64,000 nt of DNA, taken from positions 8,770,259 to 8,834,258 of the forward strand of contig NC_068983.1 of assembly GCF_001194135.2 (NCBI RefSeq). Reading direction: 5' to 3'. Below are positions 41,499-52,752 of the stretch, in pieces; positions within the stretch are counted from its first letter, which is position 1, and each line of letters begins with the position of its first letter. The position numbers and the translations under genes are program-made. The notes under the pieces are model-generated. The model did not search any database. It saw only the letters and a list, made by a program, of their open reading frames with translations, and was not told where the DNA came from. This stretch comes from Octopus bimaculoides. Lineage: Eukaryota.

Positions 41499-43629
41499 AT
41501 GGCCATAGCTCCCAGCAGTGACAATATTCAAGCAGCCGGGAGTCAGGGAGCAGCAGATGGATGGTCAGTTGTTAAAAGGAAAATGGTCCCAAAAAGGAAG
41601 AATCCCCATCTCACGCCCTCAACTTCCAGCACAATCAAAAAAATTCCCCTTCACAGACACACACGAAGTACTGTCTGCACCTCCTGTCCACTACTCACCT
41701 AAAAATGAATATATCCCCTGCTTCCAGCTCTGAAATCCCCCCTGCAGCCCCGGACATCCCCTCCTCCCAACCCCAGAAAATAATCCAGCCCTTCTAGTAC
41801 TGAGAAACAGTCCCAAAACATGGCAACAAAAGACAAACTTCACTTGGTATCGATTAACGCAAAAAATGAACAATCAACGTCACAACTTAAAAACATTCCG
41901 ACAGCTGAGAAATACAAAGAACATTATGTAAAGCTTCCGGAAGGAATAGCAATTTATACTATTGACACGATTAACCTTAATATATTGCAAATTTACTTCT
42001 CCACAGACATGGGCCTTCCAAAGTTGGACTTCAGCAAGTCCATGTACGAGGGTCTATGTTAAAATACCCCACGAGACACAGAAAAGGAAAACGAGGAGAA
42101 TGAAGGCCACTGATGTCCAGGTAAGTAATGGCTAGCATTCATGTAGCTTGTATAAATGTGCATAGCCTGGTGTCAAGCTGGAAGCAAGGTCGCTTCCTTA
42201 ATGATACCAGGTTGTGTAATTTTGATGTTATTGCTGCTACGGAAACCCAGTTAAGGCGCCAAGAGATCCACTTTGAGATTGTAACGAGAGTTTTGTTTTT
42301 CTCTCCGGGCTGTCCTATAGACGGGAGAGGAGTGTTCTGTTAAAAAGAAACTGGGTTGCTGAGAAAAAGTTTTTTTTTTCTGATCCAGAAGGTAGGCTGG
42401 TCGTCATGGACTTGACGCTCAGCTGTGGTAAGATTATCAGACTGGATACAATTTATACGCCCGCAGGAAAAGGGCAAAGAGAGTATTTTAGGAACCTAGG
42501 GAAGATTTTTGGTACCACGCATACTCTAGTTGTGCTAGGAGACTATAACACAATCTGTGACGCACGCGTAGATTATATTGGTTTGCGTTCTGATAGGTTG
42601 CTAATGTGTTCATCGCATTGACCATTACCTACAGCCTAACCGTCGTTCGTTGGCCGGATTCGTGGTTTATCAAGTTGGAAAGACACCTCTTTAGCTTTTT
42701 GCGTAAGGGCTCGTAGCCTCTTGTAAGACGTTCTATTTGCTGTCAAAGACTGCTAAAGGGAAGACTATGTATGCCTTGGGTGATGATGCGCAAATACGCG
42801 CTGAGGTTGAGGCATCTCTGGATTCTTCTGGATGGTGAACGGGTGTGGTCTCAGCTGGCGAAACAGATGTTTCCCTCGGTCGCTAGTTTCGGTGGACGGG
42901 AAGCCTGGTGCTTTTGTAGATTAAGGTTGAGTGAGTGGCATACGGAGTGCCGCAAGACACTCCTGCTATTCCGTCGCTCGGGTAATGCTAGCGTTGGGGG
43001 GTTCTACAGCATTTTCTCTACAGGGTTAGTAGAGGCTGCATGCGAAGATGGCCTGGGGGAGACTGTGGGTCTGAGATTTATTCAACTTGACAGCCTGTTT
43101 TTTCGTACGTTCGTGTTGTGGACGCCGGATAACTTCCAAAAATCCTTGACCTGGCAATGTTATACAAACGCCTTTCCCCTTCGGGGTGAGCTTGCATGAC
43201 CTGGTCAATGCGACGCTCCGACCTGCCCAAGATGTGAGCTGATTGGGCAACCGTCCCGCACACTATTATCCGATGTCCGGAGTTGTCGGAGATGTTGGCT
43301 TATGCAGAGAATCAGTTGTCTGGTACAAGGATAATACAGCTATCGACTGAGTCAATATTCAAAATTGATCCGCCTGATTTTTTATCAAATGAAGGTAAGA
43401 ATTGTTTTCTCATCGTAGTAGCAATAGCAAAGGGGGTGGTATGGAAGACAAGGATAAAAGGAGTAAAGACAGGCAGTTTCGTCTCTGGCCTTGCCTTACA
43501 GAGATATTTTACTGTTCATTTGAAAAGATAAATAAATAGGGCCGGAGAGGAGGTGTCTGTCAGAGAAAATTCTTTAACGAAAGATGGAAATATGTAGCAC
43601 AAGTGTTGCGAGTGGGCGTTGCCAAATGA
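41499..43629 (+). mobile_element. L1/Tx1-clade LINE, degraded, with the RT domain deleted
   Basis: ORF1-like remnants (GWSVVKRK..). APE endonuclease start at 42128 (MASIHVACINVHSL..DVIAATET; GRLVVMDL..IYTP..LVVLGDYN). It jumps at ~42597 to post-RT ANVFIALTITYSLTV..PLVRRSICCQRLLKGRLCMPW, then DNFQKSLTWQCY.NA.P.RGEL, a CPRC..H....C zinc knuckle, and ..ERWKYVAQVLRVGVAK*. Confidence 0.9.
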
Positions 43630-43670
43630 ATAGGCCATAATGTGTCCTAAAAGGTATCAGTGGTGGTTGA

Positions 43671-43991
43671 GGCTCGTGTTATGTACAGACGGAGGAACTA
43701 AAGGAAACGAATAGCCCGGCCAACCCAGGTCAGGATCATAAACAAGTAAATGCAAATAAGAAAACGTGGCATTTGGTCACATATGCGAAAAGTACCGCAA
43801 TAGAGCGGAAAATAACGAAATTCAAAGGTGCTATAAGAATTAAAATGCCAGCAGAGAGTTTCCCGGAACACATCGAGGGTGTGGTGATTGACAAAGAAAG
43901 GTATAGAAGGTTGAAAGAACTATTTGGAGAGGATGCGAACCCTTTCGGAGAAGAAATTGAATATGAGGAACTACCAAATGTAGTTGAATAG
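43671..43991 (+). CDS. Uninterrupted 106-codon frame, probably the C-terminus of a retroelement ORF1-like protein, followed by an A-rich tail
   Basis: The frame is open from 43671 (after TGA at 43668) to TAG at 43989-43991: ..KKTWHLVTYAKSTAIERKITKFKGAIRIKMPAESFPEHIEGVVIDKERYRRLKELFGEDANPFGEEIEYEELPNVVE*. There is weak eye-level similarity to the ORF1 remnant at 41820-42062. Confidence 0.45.
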   Translation, partial: GSCYVQTEELKETNSPANPGQDHKQVNANKKTWHLVTYAKSTAIERKITKFKGAIRIKMPAESFPEHIEGVVIDKERYRRLKELFGEDANPFGEEIEYEELPNVVE

Positions 43992-44507
43992 GAGGAGTTA
44001 ATACCTTTAATGACTGGTAATCAGGGAATCCTTTAAAAAGAAAGAAAAGAAAGAAAAGCGAAAGCAAAATGAAAAGAAGGAAATAGACTTGTGAAAAATG
44101 GGGAAAAAAGATGCAAAAAGATAAAAAGAAAACTTTTCAATTATATAAATTAACAGTTAAATGGTATCGCTTGANNNNNNNNNNNNNNNNNNNNNNNNNN
44201 NNNNNNNNNNNNNNNNNNNNNNNNNNNNNNNNNNNNNNNNNNNNNNNNNNNNNNNNNNNNNNNNNNNNNNNNNNNNNNNNNNNNNNNNNNNNNNNNNNNN
44301 NNNNNNNNNNNNNNNNNNNNNNNNNNNNNNNNNNNNNNNNNNNNNNNNNNNNNNNNNNNNNNNNNNNNNNNNNNNNNNNNNNNNNNNNNNNNNNNNNNNN
44401 NNNNNNNNNNNNNNNNNNNNNNNNNNNNNNNNNNNNNNNNNNNNNNNNNNNNNNNNNNNNNNNNNNNNNNNNNNNNNNNNNNNNNNNNNNNNNNNNNNNN
44501 NNNNNNN

Positions 44508-44566
<59 letters not shown>

Positions 44567-44755
44567 TATCTAAAAGAGGAAACGAGGGAATGAAAGAAAC
44601 GAACGACAGGAAATTGGAAGAGTAACAGACAGAAGAGTGATGGAAATAAGACGGATGAAGAAAACAGGGGAGAAAACCATTTGGCAGGAGAGACTGGGAT
44701 GGCCACGAAGGAGAAGAAAGTATGATTAGTTTTGAGCAAAATGTAACACATTAAC

Positions 44756-44798
<43 letters not shown>

Positions 44799-47454
44799 GA
44801 AAGGAGAGTGATAGAAAGATAGAGATAAAGAGAGAGAGAATAAAATGTGTATGTTGGGAACAAAAAACAAGCTGTAAATTGAATTGTTATGCGAAGAGGC
44901 AGTGTTTGTGTGCAGGGTGTACTCTATATAATAAGTAAAGGAGTGGAGAATCAGAAGAGATATGACCTACACAATGTCAGTGGCTAACAACATCGACAGT
45001 GTAATTTGAAATAACTCGTAGAATGTTTCCTCGACAGCTTCGTGAAATTACATATGAATTCTAACGTATTTACAACTTGTTAAATCATTTAAAATAATTA
45101 AGATAATTAAGATAATTTAGAGTTAATAAGGATAATGAAAATAATTAGAGTGATTAAATTTAAAATAAATGTGTTAGATACATTTTAGAATTAATTTAAT
45201 GGTTAATATAATTTTAAATAATTAGAATGAGCAATTATTTGGCACGGCTAAACAACAATATGTAGAATACACCACGTATTTGGAAATAAAACAAAACATC
45301 AGGGAAAAGAAGAATACGACAAATAATAAGACATTAAAACCAGAATATTCAAACAAAAGTGAAATAAATTAACTAAATGCATCAAAGACACAAGCAGTTA
45401 AACAAAAGAGCATTCAGCACTGAATACGGGAAGAATGATGCACCAGGAGAATGCAATATACGTCCGTACTGCACATTACGCCTTACAGAGTAGACCCAGG
45501 AAGACCTCGACACCGTAGAGCTGCTGTCTAGTCGCTCACCTTTACAATGCCACAGATATAGAATGTTGAACTGTGTAAGGCTTGAATATATGTATTTATA
45601 CGGAAAAAGAAATAAGCTGGTTATTAAATAAAATGTGAAGAGTGTGAACTTGTAAGCAAAATTCAAAATGAAATAATGCAAAAATGAATATTTCCTATTC
45701 CCTATAGTGTCTGTAATTGTGTATTAAATATTTGAATATACGTAAATTTTTGCTTTGTATTTGATGAGGTAATTTTTTAACGATGATGCTGCAATATGTA
45801 TTTTGTTTGAAAAGTAATTATAACCCAGTGTTGTTGCAGATGGAACGTTTTACGTAAAGTTGATTTGAATATGAATAAATAAAATTTTAAAGGTGAAATA
45901 ATGAACGAATAAATTATTTTCTGTTTTCTATGGTTTATGAAAACTTTGTACAATATTTTGCAACACGAGTTTTAAATGAGAAGTTTTTAGAAAGCCTCGT
46001 GTTCTACGATAGTTCCTGTCCCATATTCGCGGCTCAACCTCTTCCTCAGAAATAAAACAGTTACTTGATATGTCTATGCAACATACCAAAATGCTTGCTA
46101 GACATGGTGGTTCAAAGAAAATTAAGCAACCGGGAACACTACCTTGAGAGAAGGCGCAATGCCCTAGTATTTAAGCAAGCCGACGAGTATATTTGATTTC
46201 TATTCTGTTCCTGTTAATCATTTATTCTCAGTAGGTGTGGTATAATCTGCACGATAGCACGACTGAAAATATATTGCATCAAACATAACCTGATTCAGAA
46301 TTCCTACATCCCTGCCACCCATAGCCAACACTCCTTGTCGCTGACATTATTAAACATACATTGTTGGTAAAGTTGTTGCATAGAGTAGACTGTCATCTCC
46401 AATATAAACGTGCGGCTGCAAATCTGAGTCCTAGGACCCTTTGAGAAACCAGATATGATATTCGATAAATGAAACAAGATGTATTCCTCTTCGTTCCCGA
46501 CAGAAAAGAAAATCCAAGGATTAAAACATCGATGACGTGAATCGTGCGGAATACTTATCTTTGATAGTTTTTGTGGAACAGGTAATTTTTTTTTTTTCCT
46601 TGGAGCAGATTGCTACTGCAGTAGCCTCATTTAAAACTAGTAGTGACGACACTTCTCATTGTCACTCAATCTTGCATGCACTGACAAACCATATGCATAA
46701 TACTGGGAAAAGATGTCGACTGTTAGAGATCCAGAAGTAGGTTAAGCTGGAAGTATACAATGAATGCATATTCCGTCACGGTTATTTGCTTATTTCTATC
46801 CGTGAACAATAGAAGATCTCAGATAGAGTTCTAGTCCTATCATCATGGGTGAAATCACATTTTATCTTTGTCACTATAGGCGTACTTTTCTTCTCACCTC
46901 GAATAGCGAGTGCATTAGAATTTGAGAGAAAACAATTCACCTTCCGAATAAGACGAAATTTAAATTTGAAAATGATATTTCAGCAAGTCAGTTTACCAGA
47001 ATGCTAATTAAGTTGTCTGGGAAACTGAGCTACAAATTAACATTGATTGTATCAGGAACAAAAGAATAGATACGGAAAAGCTATCAACACATCTAAAGGA
47101 ATGCTTTTGAAAATTTATTGCAATCTTAGAAGTCTCTGAATGACTGTCTGATGTTGTTGCCCTGAGGCAAAAAGTGACATCATGCAGGATATTAATTCAC
47201 TATCATTCGATACCTGTCTAAATACAGATGTAAGTTCACAACTGCAGTTGGAATTTTCTAAGCAGGCAGATTGCTGAATAATTCTTTTCAGTTTTTATCA
47301 CAATCTTCAACGTTGGAGAACCAATTGTCTTTCTACAAAAGGTACATGGACTAAATTCCATGCGTATCCCATTTAATCGATTCTCAGATTATGAGGACTG
47401 TACCAAGGAAGTTTTGATCGCACGCATTCCTCTTTTCTTGTTTTGTTGTTGCCA

Positions 47455-47590
47455 CTAAATGCCTAATCAGGAACATTTGTACCATTGTGGAAGATGTGAA
47501 TACCAGAGACAAACGCCTAACACAACTCCAAGAAATTCTCCTCAAACAAAAATGCCCGTTTCTAGTTATAAAACATGGTATACAGCGTGG
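47455..47590 (+). mobile_element. Penelope-like RT thumb fragment
   Basis: CLIRNICTIVEDVNTRDKRLTQLQEILLKQKCPFLVIKHGIQR resembles the PLE RRICTIV..R..RL.EL...L....YP..I..GI.RA motif. Confidence 0.75.
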
Positions 47591-47882
47591 TATACATAGT
47601 GAGAAAGTTAGGAATGAGTGGAGCCGGCTAAGAAGTATGTACGAGTGGATTGTGGACCAGATAAGAGTGAAGTACAAACTTGGAGTATGCTAAAAATTGA
47701 TGTAAATATTCTACCTATGCTGTTGTTTTATTATGTTACAGAAACTATATTGCGTATAAGTTTTGACTTGCTGTCGTACCTACACACATGCACATTAGAC
47801 ATGCTATTATATGCATAAGAACACATAATAAAAAGAAATATACAAATCTGCATATATAAATGCATGCATGCATACATTTTTT

Positions 47883-48130
47883 GCGCCCTTTTAAAGCCTT
47901 TCCAGGCTCATGGGCCCGGTGTCCCGGTTTCAATGGCGTATGTGTTCCACAACTGGACGGGACGCCAGTCTATCGAAACGTTACTCATTTTTGCCAGCTG
48001 AGTGGACTGGAGCAACGTGAAATGAAGTGTTTTGCTCAAGAACACAACGCGTCGCCCGGTACACGAATCCAAACCACAATCTTGTGATCGTGATGCTGAC
48101 ACCCTAAACACTAAGCCACGCGCCTCCACG
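47883..48130 (-). mobile_element. tRNA-derived SINE family C
   Basis: Minus strand: GTGGAGGCGCGTGGCTTAGTGTTTAGGGTGTCAGCATCACGATC..GGATTCGTGTACC head, then TTGAGCAAAACACTTCATTTCACGTTGCTCCAGTCCACTCAGC. Confidence 0.85.
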
Positions 48131-48286
48131 CATGCATAAATGCATATAAAATACCATGTTGATGGTGTTGAAATCCAATGAAGGAGCCTTGGATCTAAGT
48201 TGGAAACCGGTTCTTTCTCTATTGGTAAAAATCCTGAAATAAAACCGAATAATGACACGAGTAAAAGAGCAAAAGAGTAAAAGAGT

Positions 48287-48329
<43 letters not shown>

Positions 48330-48989
48330 TGTGTGTGTGTGTATGTGTGTTCATGCATACATCATTGCGTGCCAGCCTTATTACATATACAATTTAAAAT
48401 ACAATTACACCCATTCAAACGCACATTTATTGTGTTATGCTAGTACTTAAATTACTAACCAATTAAATGCCTGTAAAGTAGAAGTTGAGTATTAAAAAAA
48501 GTTATATAGATTTATATTTATGTGAAATTCTGCTATACAAAGTTTAAAATAAGTAGAAAGAAACTTTTAAACCAAAGATTTATAATTACCAATTGTGTAA
48601 CTATTTAGCTATATGGATGACCTTTAGTCTACAAACATTTTTATACGAGTAATTCCCTATTGAAAGAGAACGATATTGTTTGTCATGGTTACAAGAGTTG
48701 CTAGAAATATATATAAATTTCCCGTGAAATCATGCCCTACCGTCTCAAAGAATATACACAAACAAAATATATATAAAAGAACGTGATACTCTAAATAAGA
48801 ATAAGTATGCTCAAGACACTGCTCTATCAGGAATAACATTGGACTAAGAAATTTAGAGACAAATTTCAATACTCAATGCACGTCTCAAAACTAAAAAGAA
48901 TCTTGCATTGAAAACGTTTCTTCTTTCACCATTGACGTAATTCTATATTCTCTATTACATACTGCAATCAAGTGTCTTAGTATCTTTCG

Positions 48990-49400
48990 TTTTATGAAGA
49001 TACGTTGCTGCTTCATTTTAGTTTGGATATCAGTTGTTGTACAGCTTTTGTTGTCTTCTTTTTCTTCATAGGTGTTAGGTTCTACGACTTCTTTTTGTAT
49101 TTGTCAGCGTCCTTAAAGACAGAAAACAGATTTTGTTTTATTCGTGTTTTATGTTTATTTGAATCAATTTCCCTTCTTTCTGGAATAGGTATTTCTGCAA
49201 TCTTAGGGAGGCTATTTTGTCATAGTTTTCTAGCTATATAAGGCCTCTACCACGTTGGATACGTTGTATATATAATCTTTCTATGTCAGCTTTTGCGTGG
49301 TTCGTCCGAAATCTTGTCATCTTGTTTTCCTGTCTATTTTAATTGGTACTGAGCTGAGCGGGCGCGTTAATATCCTGATTGATGTTGCAGGACAAGAGTT
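48990..49400 (-). mobile_element. R4/Dong-like (RLE-type) non-LTR retrotransposon, post-RT fragment
   Basis: Minus strand IDRKT..RFRTNHAKADIERLYIQRIQRGRGLI*LE matches the DRKTR..H.KAD..RLY..R..GGRGL motif. Confidence 0.85.
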
Positions 49401-49454
49401 CGTGCTTCTTGTGTGGAGATAGAGGCTCAGTATGTCTTGGGTCTGGGCTACTAG

Positions 49455-50057
49455 GCGTCAATGGCATGTCACCTAGACTTGTGTTCCATGAAGCTTTCGG
49501 TACAAGGAAGACAAATCCTTGTCAATGTGCTAAGGCGGACCACTGATGGCGGTGAGATGAGAGCGTTACGAACAACTGTGACATCATCGAAATCGGAACG
49601 ACTGCTCCAGTGTCTTTTGAGTGGCACATTTGATGGCTGCCTGGGGCTAGTAGAGCTCGACAGACGATGCCAGATGGAATCTGTAATAATGGTTGGACGA
49701 AAGCTGGTGGATGCAGGAGCTGATTAACTACTAGTTGCGGCAGCCGATTTCTCGAGAATGGTACAGAGGATTTGTAAAGAACAGATTGCGGGACTCTGCC
49801 AAGCAGTAGACTGGTGGCAGAGTCGGTTGCGTAGCTGCAGGAAGGTAGTCGGAGGAAGTGGTGGTCTGCCGGTGCATTTTCAGGATCTGTTTGCACGGAG
49901 TCGCTAGTGCTTAGATGACGCTCAGGTGTGGCAGTTGAAGCAGCTGCTAGTGAGATATACCGATTGTTCTCTGCAGGACACCTACACCTTGGTTGCACGG
50001 ATCATGTGGAGCACCATATCGACATCACCCAATCATGCAACGCCCCTGCAACATTCG
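49455..50057 (+). mobile_element. Gypsy (Ty3) LTR-retrotransposon pol fragment, protease-RT linker
   Basis: ..QLKQLLVRY..FSAGHLHLGCTDHVEHHID..HPIMQRP resembles the DVFS..DLG.T..VEH.IDTGD..PIKQRP motif. Confidence 0.75.
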
Positions 50058-50067
50058 TTCACCTCAT

Positions 50068-50566
50068 TGGTCTAAATATAGCTTGGATCGATTATCAAAA
50101 GGGTTTCGATAGTATTCCCCAAACTTAATCCTAGTCATGAACAAGATAGAACCCATAATTATAAAATACAGGGTGCCCACAAGGTATGGATACATTGAGT
50201 AGGTAAAATCATAACATAAACAATTAAATATAAGAAATAATAATTTCTTAAAGTATGGGTTAATCCCCATGTGGGTACATGGAGTAAATAAAATCATAAC
50301 ATAAACAATTAAATATAAGAAATCATAATGTCTTAATGTACCAAGACTTTGTGGACACCCTGTATACAACACATTCCATGGGTAATTGACAAACAGTGCT
50401 ACAGCTCCAGAAAAAGCGGGACTCATAAAAACCAAAGCCATCCCCATTAGAGGAGGAATGTTACAAAGAAACATGCACTCTTCACACTTTTTCTGCATGG
50501 CACTGACACCTTTACCTGACTTGCTAAACAGAACTGGTTGCCGATACAACTGTTACGGCAAAACAA
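50068..50566 (+). mobile_element. R4/Dong-like RT fragment (subdomains ~3-5), interrupted by a MITE
   Basis: LNIAWIDYQKGFDSIP, then after the MITE ..QTVLQLQ..IKTKAIPIR..FCMALTPL.DLLNRTGCRY..YGKTI. Removing the MITE plus one TA joins IKY-TTHSMGN*QTVL in frame. Confidence 0.85.
50169..50362. mobile_element. Tc1/mariner-type MITE, 194 bp, with TA target-site duplication
   Basis: TA|CAGGGTGCCCACAAGGTATGG ... CCAAGACTTTGTGGACACCCTG|TA, plus an internal ~55-bp direct duplication (TAAAATCATAACATAAACAATTAAATATAAGAAAT x2). Confidence 0.93.
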
Positions 50567-51060
50567 TCGCTAGTGCTTAGATGGCGCTCAGGTGTGGCAG
50601 TTGAGGCAGCTGCTAGTGAGAAATGCTGAGGTGTTTTCTGCAGGAGACCTATATCTTGGTTGCACGGATTAGGTGGAGCACCATATCGACACTGGAGGTC
50701 ATCATCAAATCAAGCAAAGACCCGGTAACATTCGAAGTGATGACGCCAGAGCTAGTGAGATAAACTTTAAGGAGGGTAATGAAGTGTGGCTTCATAACCC
50801 TGAGTGGAAGAAGGGACAGTCACCAAAACTGCAGAGTCCATGGATCGAACCCTGTGCTGTGATGAATCGCCTTTCCGATGTGACGTACCGAATTAGAGGA
50901 GGCAGGAGGTCCCGTTCTAAAATTGTGCATGTGAATCCTCTGTGGAAGTACCATGGGTCTGGCCGGTTCAACTGGGATCCCCTTGAGAGGTTGGACACAT
51001 CTGTTGACAAGGGTACTGGGGAGGACCAAGGAGAATAAGCGCAAGAGCAAGACGGTCACT
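50567..51060 (+). mobile_element. Gypsy pol fragment: RT-linker fused directly to the integrase C-terminal GPY/F-like domain
   Basis: EHHIDTGGHHQIKQRPGNIR|SDDARASEINFKEGNEVWLHNP..KKGQSPKLQSPWIEPCAVMNRLSDVTYRI..KIVHVNPLWKY. The RT, RNase H and integrase core are deleted. Confidence 0.88.
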
Positions 51061-51233
51061 GTAAGGAAGAACTACAAGAAAGAAGTAAACAAAAAAAAAT
51101 TGAGATGCCAGTGGGAATGGATCCATGTGGGGAAAAACAACGTCTTTGGAAGTAGCTAAAGAAAAAAAACACCTATAAACTCAAAGATTACTTCATGTAT
51201 CATTAATGAATAGTTATAGATACTGCGTACTTT

Positions 51234-51721
51234 TGTCGTAGGAAAATATTATATACAACAAATTTCTCTTTTGCATGAAGCGAATTAGAACACCACTTCT
51301 GGTTTTGTAAACGAAGACAAAAAAAAATTCTTTGTGGTCACGTGTTTGTTGAAATCGTAGGCAGTATGATTTTGGCGGGCGAAAGTTTACTATTGGCCAC
51401 GTGGCGAGGTAGTTCGTGCTGGAAGATGATGTGCGACGGGTGATGAATGTCGACATGAGCGGGGATTTTTTATGTAGTAGCTGGTGCCGGGCAAAATCCG
51501 TGTGGAACAAATGAAACAGTATTTGGTGTCGAATGTGAAGTTGATTACGGTGGTTAATGTGAACGGTAAAAGATTTTGAACTGGCTGCGAAAATAGTGAA
51601 CTTCGCAACGTAAAGAAGACGGAATGGTACCCTGAATTCGGAAGTAAGATAAAAAAAAAGGTAGAAAATAAATCATTAGACTGGTGAAGAAAAGAACACC
51701 TCGCCAAAACAAGTCTACACA
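51234..51721 (+). mobile_element. Candidate solo LTR (~488 bp)
   Basis: Ends TGTCGTAG...CTACACA (near-inverted TG..CA) with AATAAA at 51667-51672. No clean TSD. Confidence 0.4.
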
Positions 51722-51779
51722 TTTCAAGTAAGTGAAAGAACTCTCTAAAAATTCTCTAAAGAACTGTTTATTTATTCCA

Positions 51780-52180
51780 TAAATGTTATTGACCTCTTAA
51801 TTAAAGTTCTTGTATTTTGCTTATGCTCAACGGGATTGTTTATTTTCACCTTTCTTGACTTCTTGGTTTACTGTTTATTCTGTAAGCAAGTTGTTACGCC
51901 TACGCGGTTCTTTCAGCTATCGGACACAAACTGTTGTGTTGTAGGTAGTTTCGGGAGACCGCTTATTTGTGAGACTTTGTAAGAACACATCTTAGCTGTT
52001 CTATTTCTATTGCCTTCTATTTATGTTCTTCAACTTCAGTCTCACTTTCTCACGGTCTATCCAGTGAGCATCAGCATTATATTCTTTTTGTCGCTCCATA
52101 TCTTCTTCCAGAACTCTTGCATTTCCTCTGACATAGGTGCCTCCTTTACTTCTATCTTGCTTTTCCCAATTTCCCAGTCA
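51780..52180 (-). mobile_element. R4/Dong-like pre-RT fragment
   Basis: Minus strand: ELGKSKIEVKEAPMSEEMQEFWKKIWSDKKEYNADAHWIDRE..LRCVLTKSHK, the FW..IW...WI linker upstream of the RT. Confidence 0.8.
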
Positions 52181-52401
52181 AGGCTAGAGCTTATGCCGTT
52201 ATTGGTCAGAGTAATCCTAAATCTGTGAGGTTCCTTTCTTGCCCCTAGTTAGAGGTTCCGCTGTATCAGGCGAACTGCATCATAGACCACATTTTGTATA
52301 TTATATTATATCTATCTCGTGTTCCTCCTATTCCATACCTCTCCCCATACATTATTTAAACGAACGCAAAATAACATTTAAGAACTTCGAATAGAACTTT
52401 T

Positions 52402-52669
52402 GGCGATCTTTCGATACCAGTACGAAATATCGGCCTTTCTCGTAAAAAGTGTTGGAGGGAAAGAGGGAAACGACGTCGTAAAAGCGAAAGAGATACAGGC
52501 AGTGCGATTTATTTTGAAGGATTTAGGGTTTTAGGGTTTAGGTTAGGTAATTCCGTCCGTAACCTTAACACTAACCCTGACACAAAAACTCTAACCCTAA
52601 CACCCTAGTGAAGATCATGCGGGTGTTACGGAAAAGGCCGATATTTCGTACTGGTATCGAAAGATCGCC
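52402..52669. mobile_element. Non-autonomous inverted-repeat element with internal telomere-like repeats
   Basis: Perfect 37-bp TIR GGCGATCTTTCGATACCAGTACGAAATATCGGCCTTT / AAAGGCCGATATTTCGTACTGGTATCGAAAGATCGCC. The interior has TTTAGGGTTTTAGGGTTTAGGTTAGG facing CTAACCCTG..CTAACCCTAACACCC. Confidence 0.9.
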
Positions 52670-52752
52670 TTAGNNNNNNNNNNTATTTCGTACTGGTATC
52701 GAAAGATCGCCTTAGATTTATAAGCCCTAAAATTCACTCCATAATTGCCCAC

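Noticed and set aside
46504-46740. Splice-signal-bounded segments
   Set aside because: The first has stops in all three frames; the second gives an unrecognisable peptide.
47150-47345. Faint resemblance to a hAT transposase C-terminus
   Set aside because: Too few conserved residues to support by eye.
52684-52715. Second copy of the right TIR after a 10-N gap
   Set aside because: It is an exact overlap across a placeholder gap, i.e. an assembly duplication and not a third TIR.
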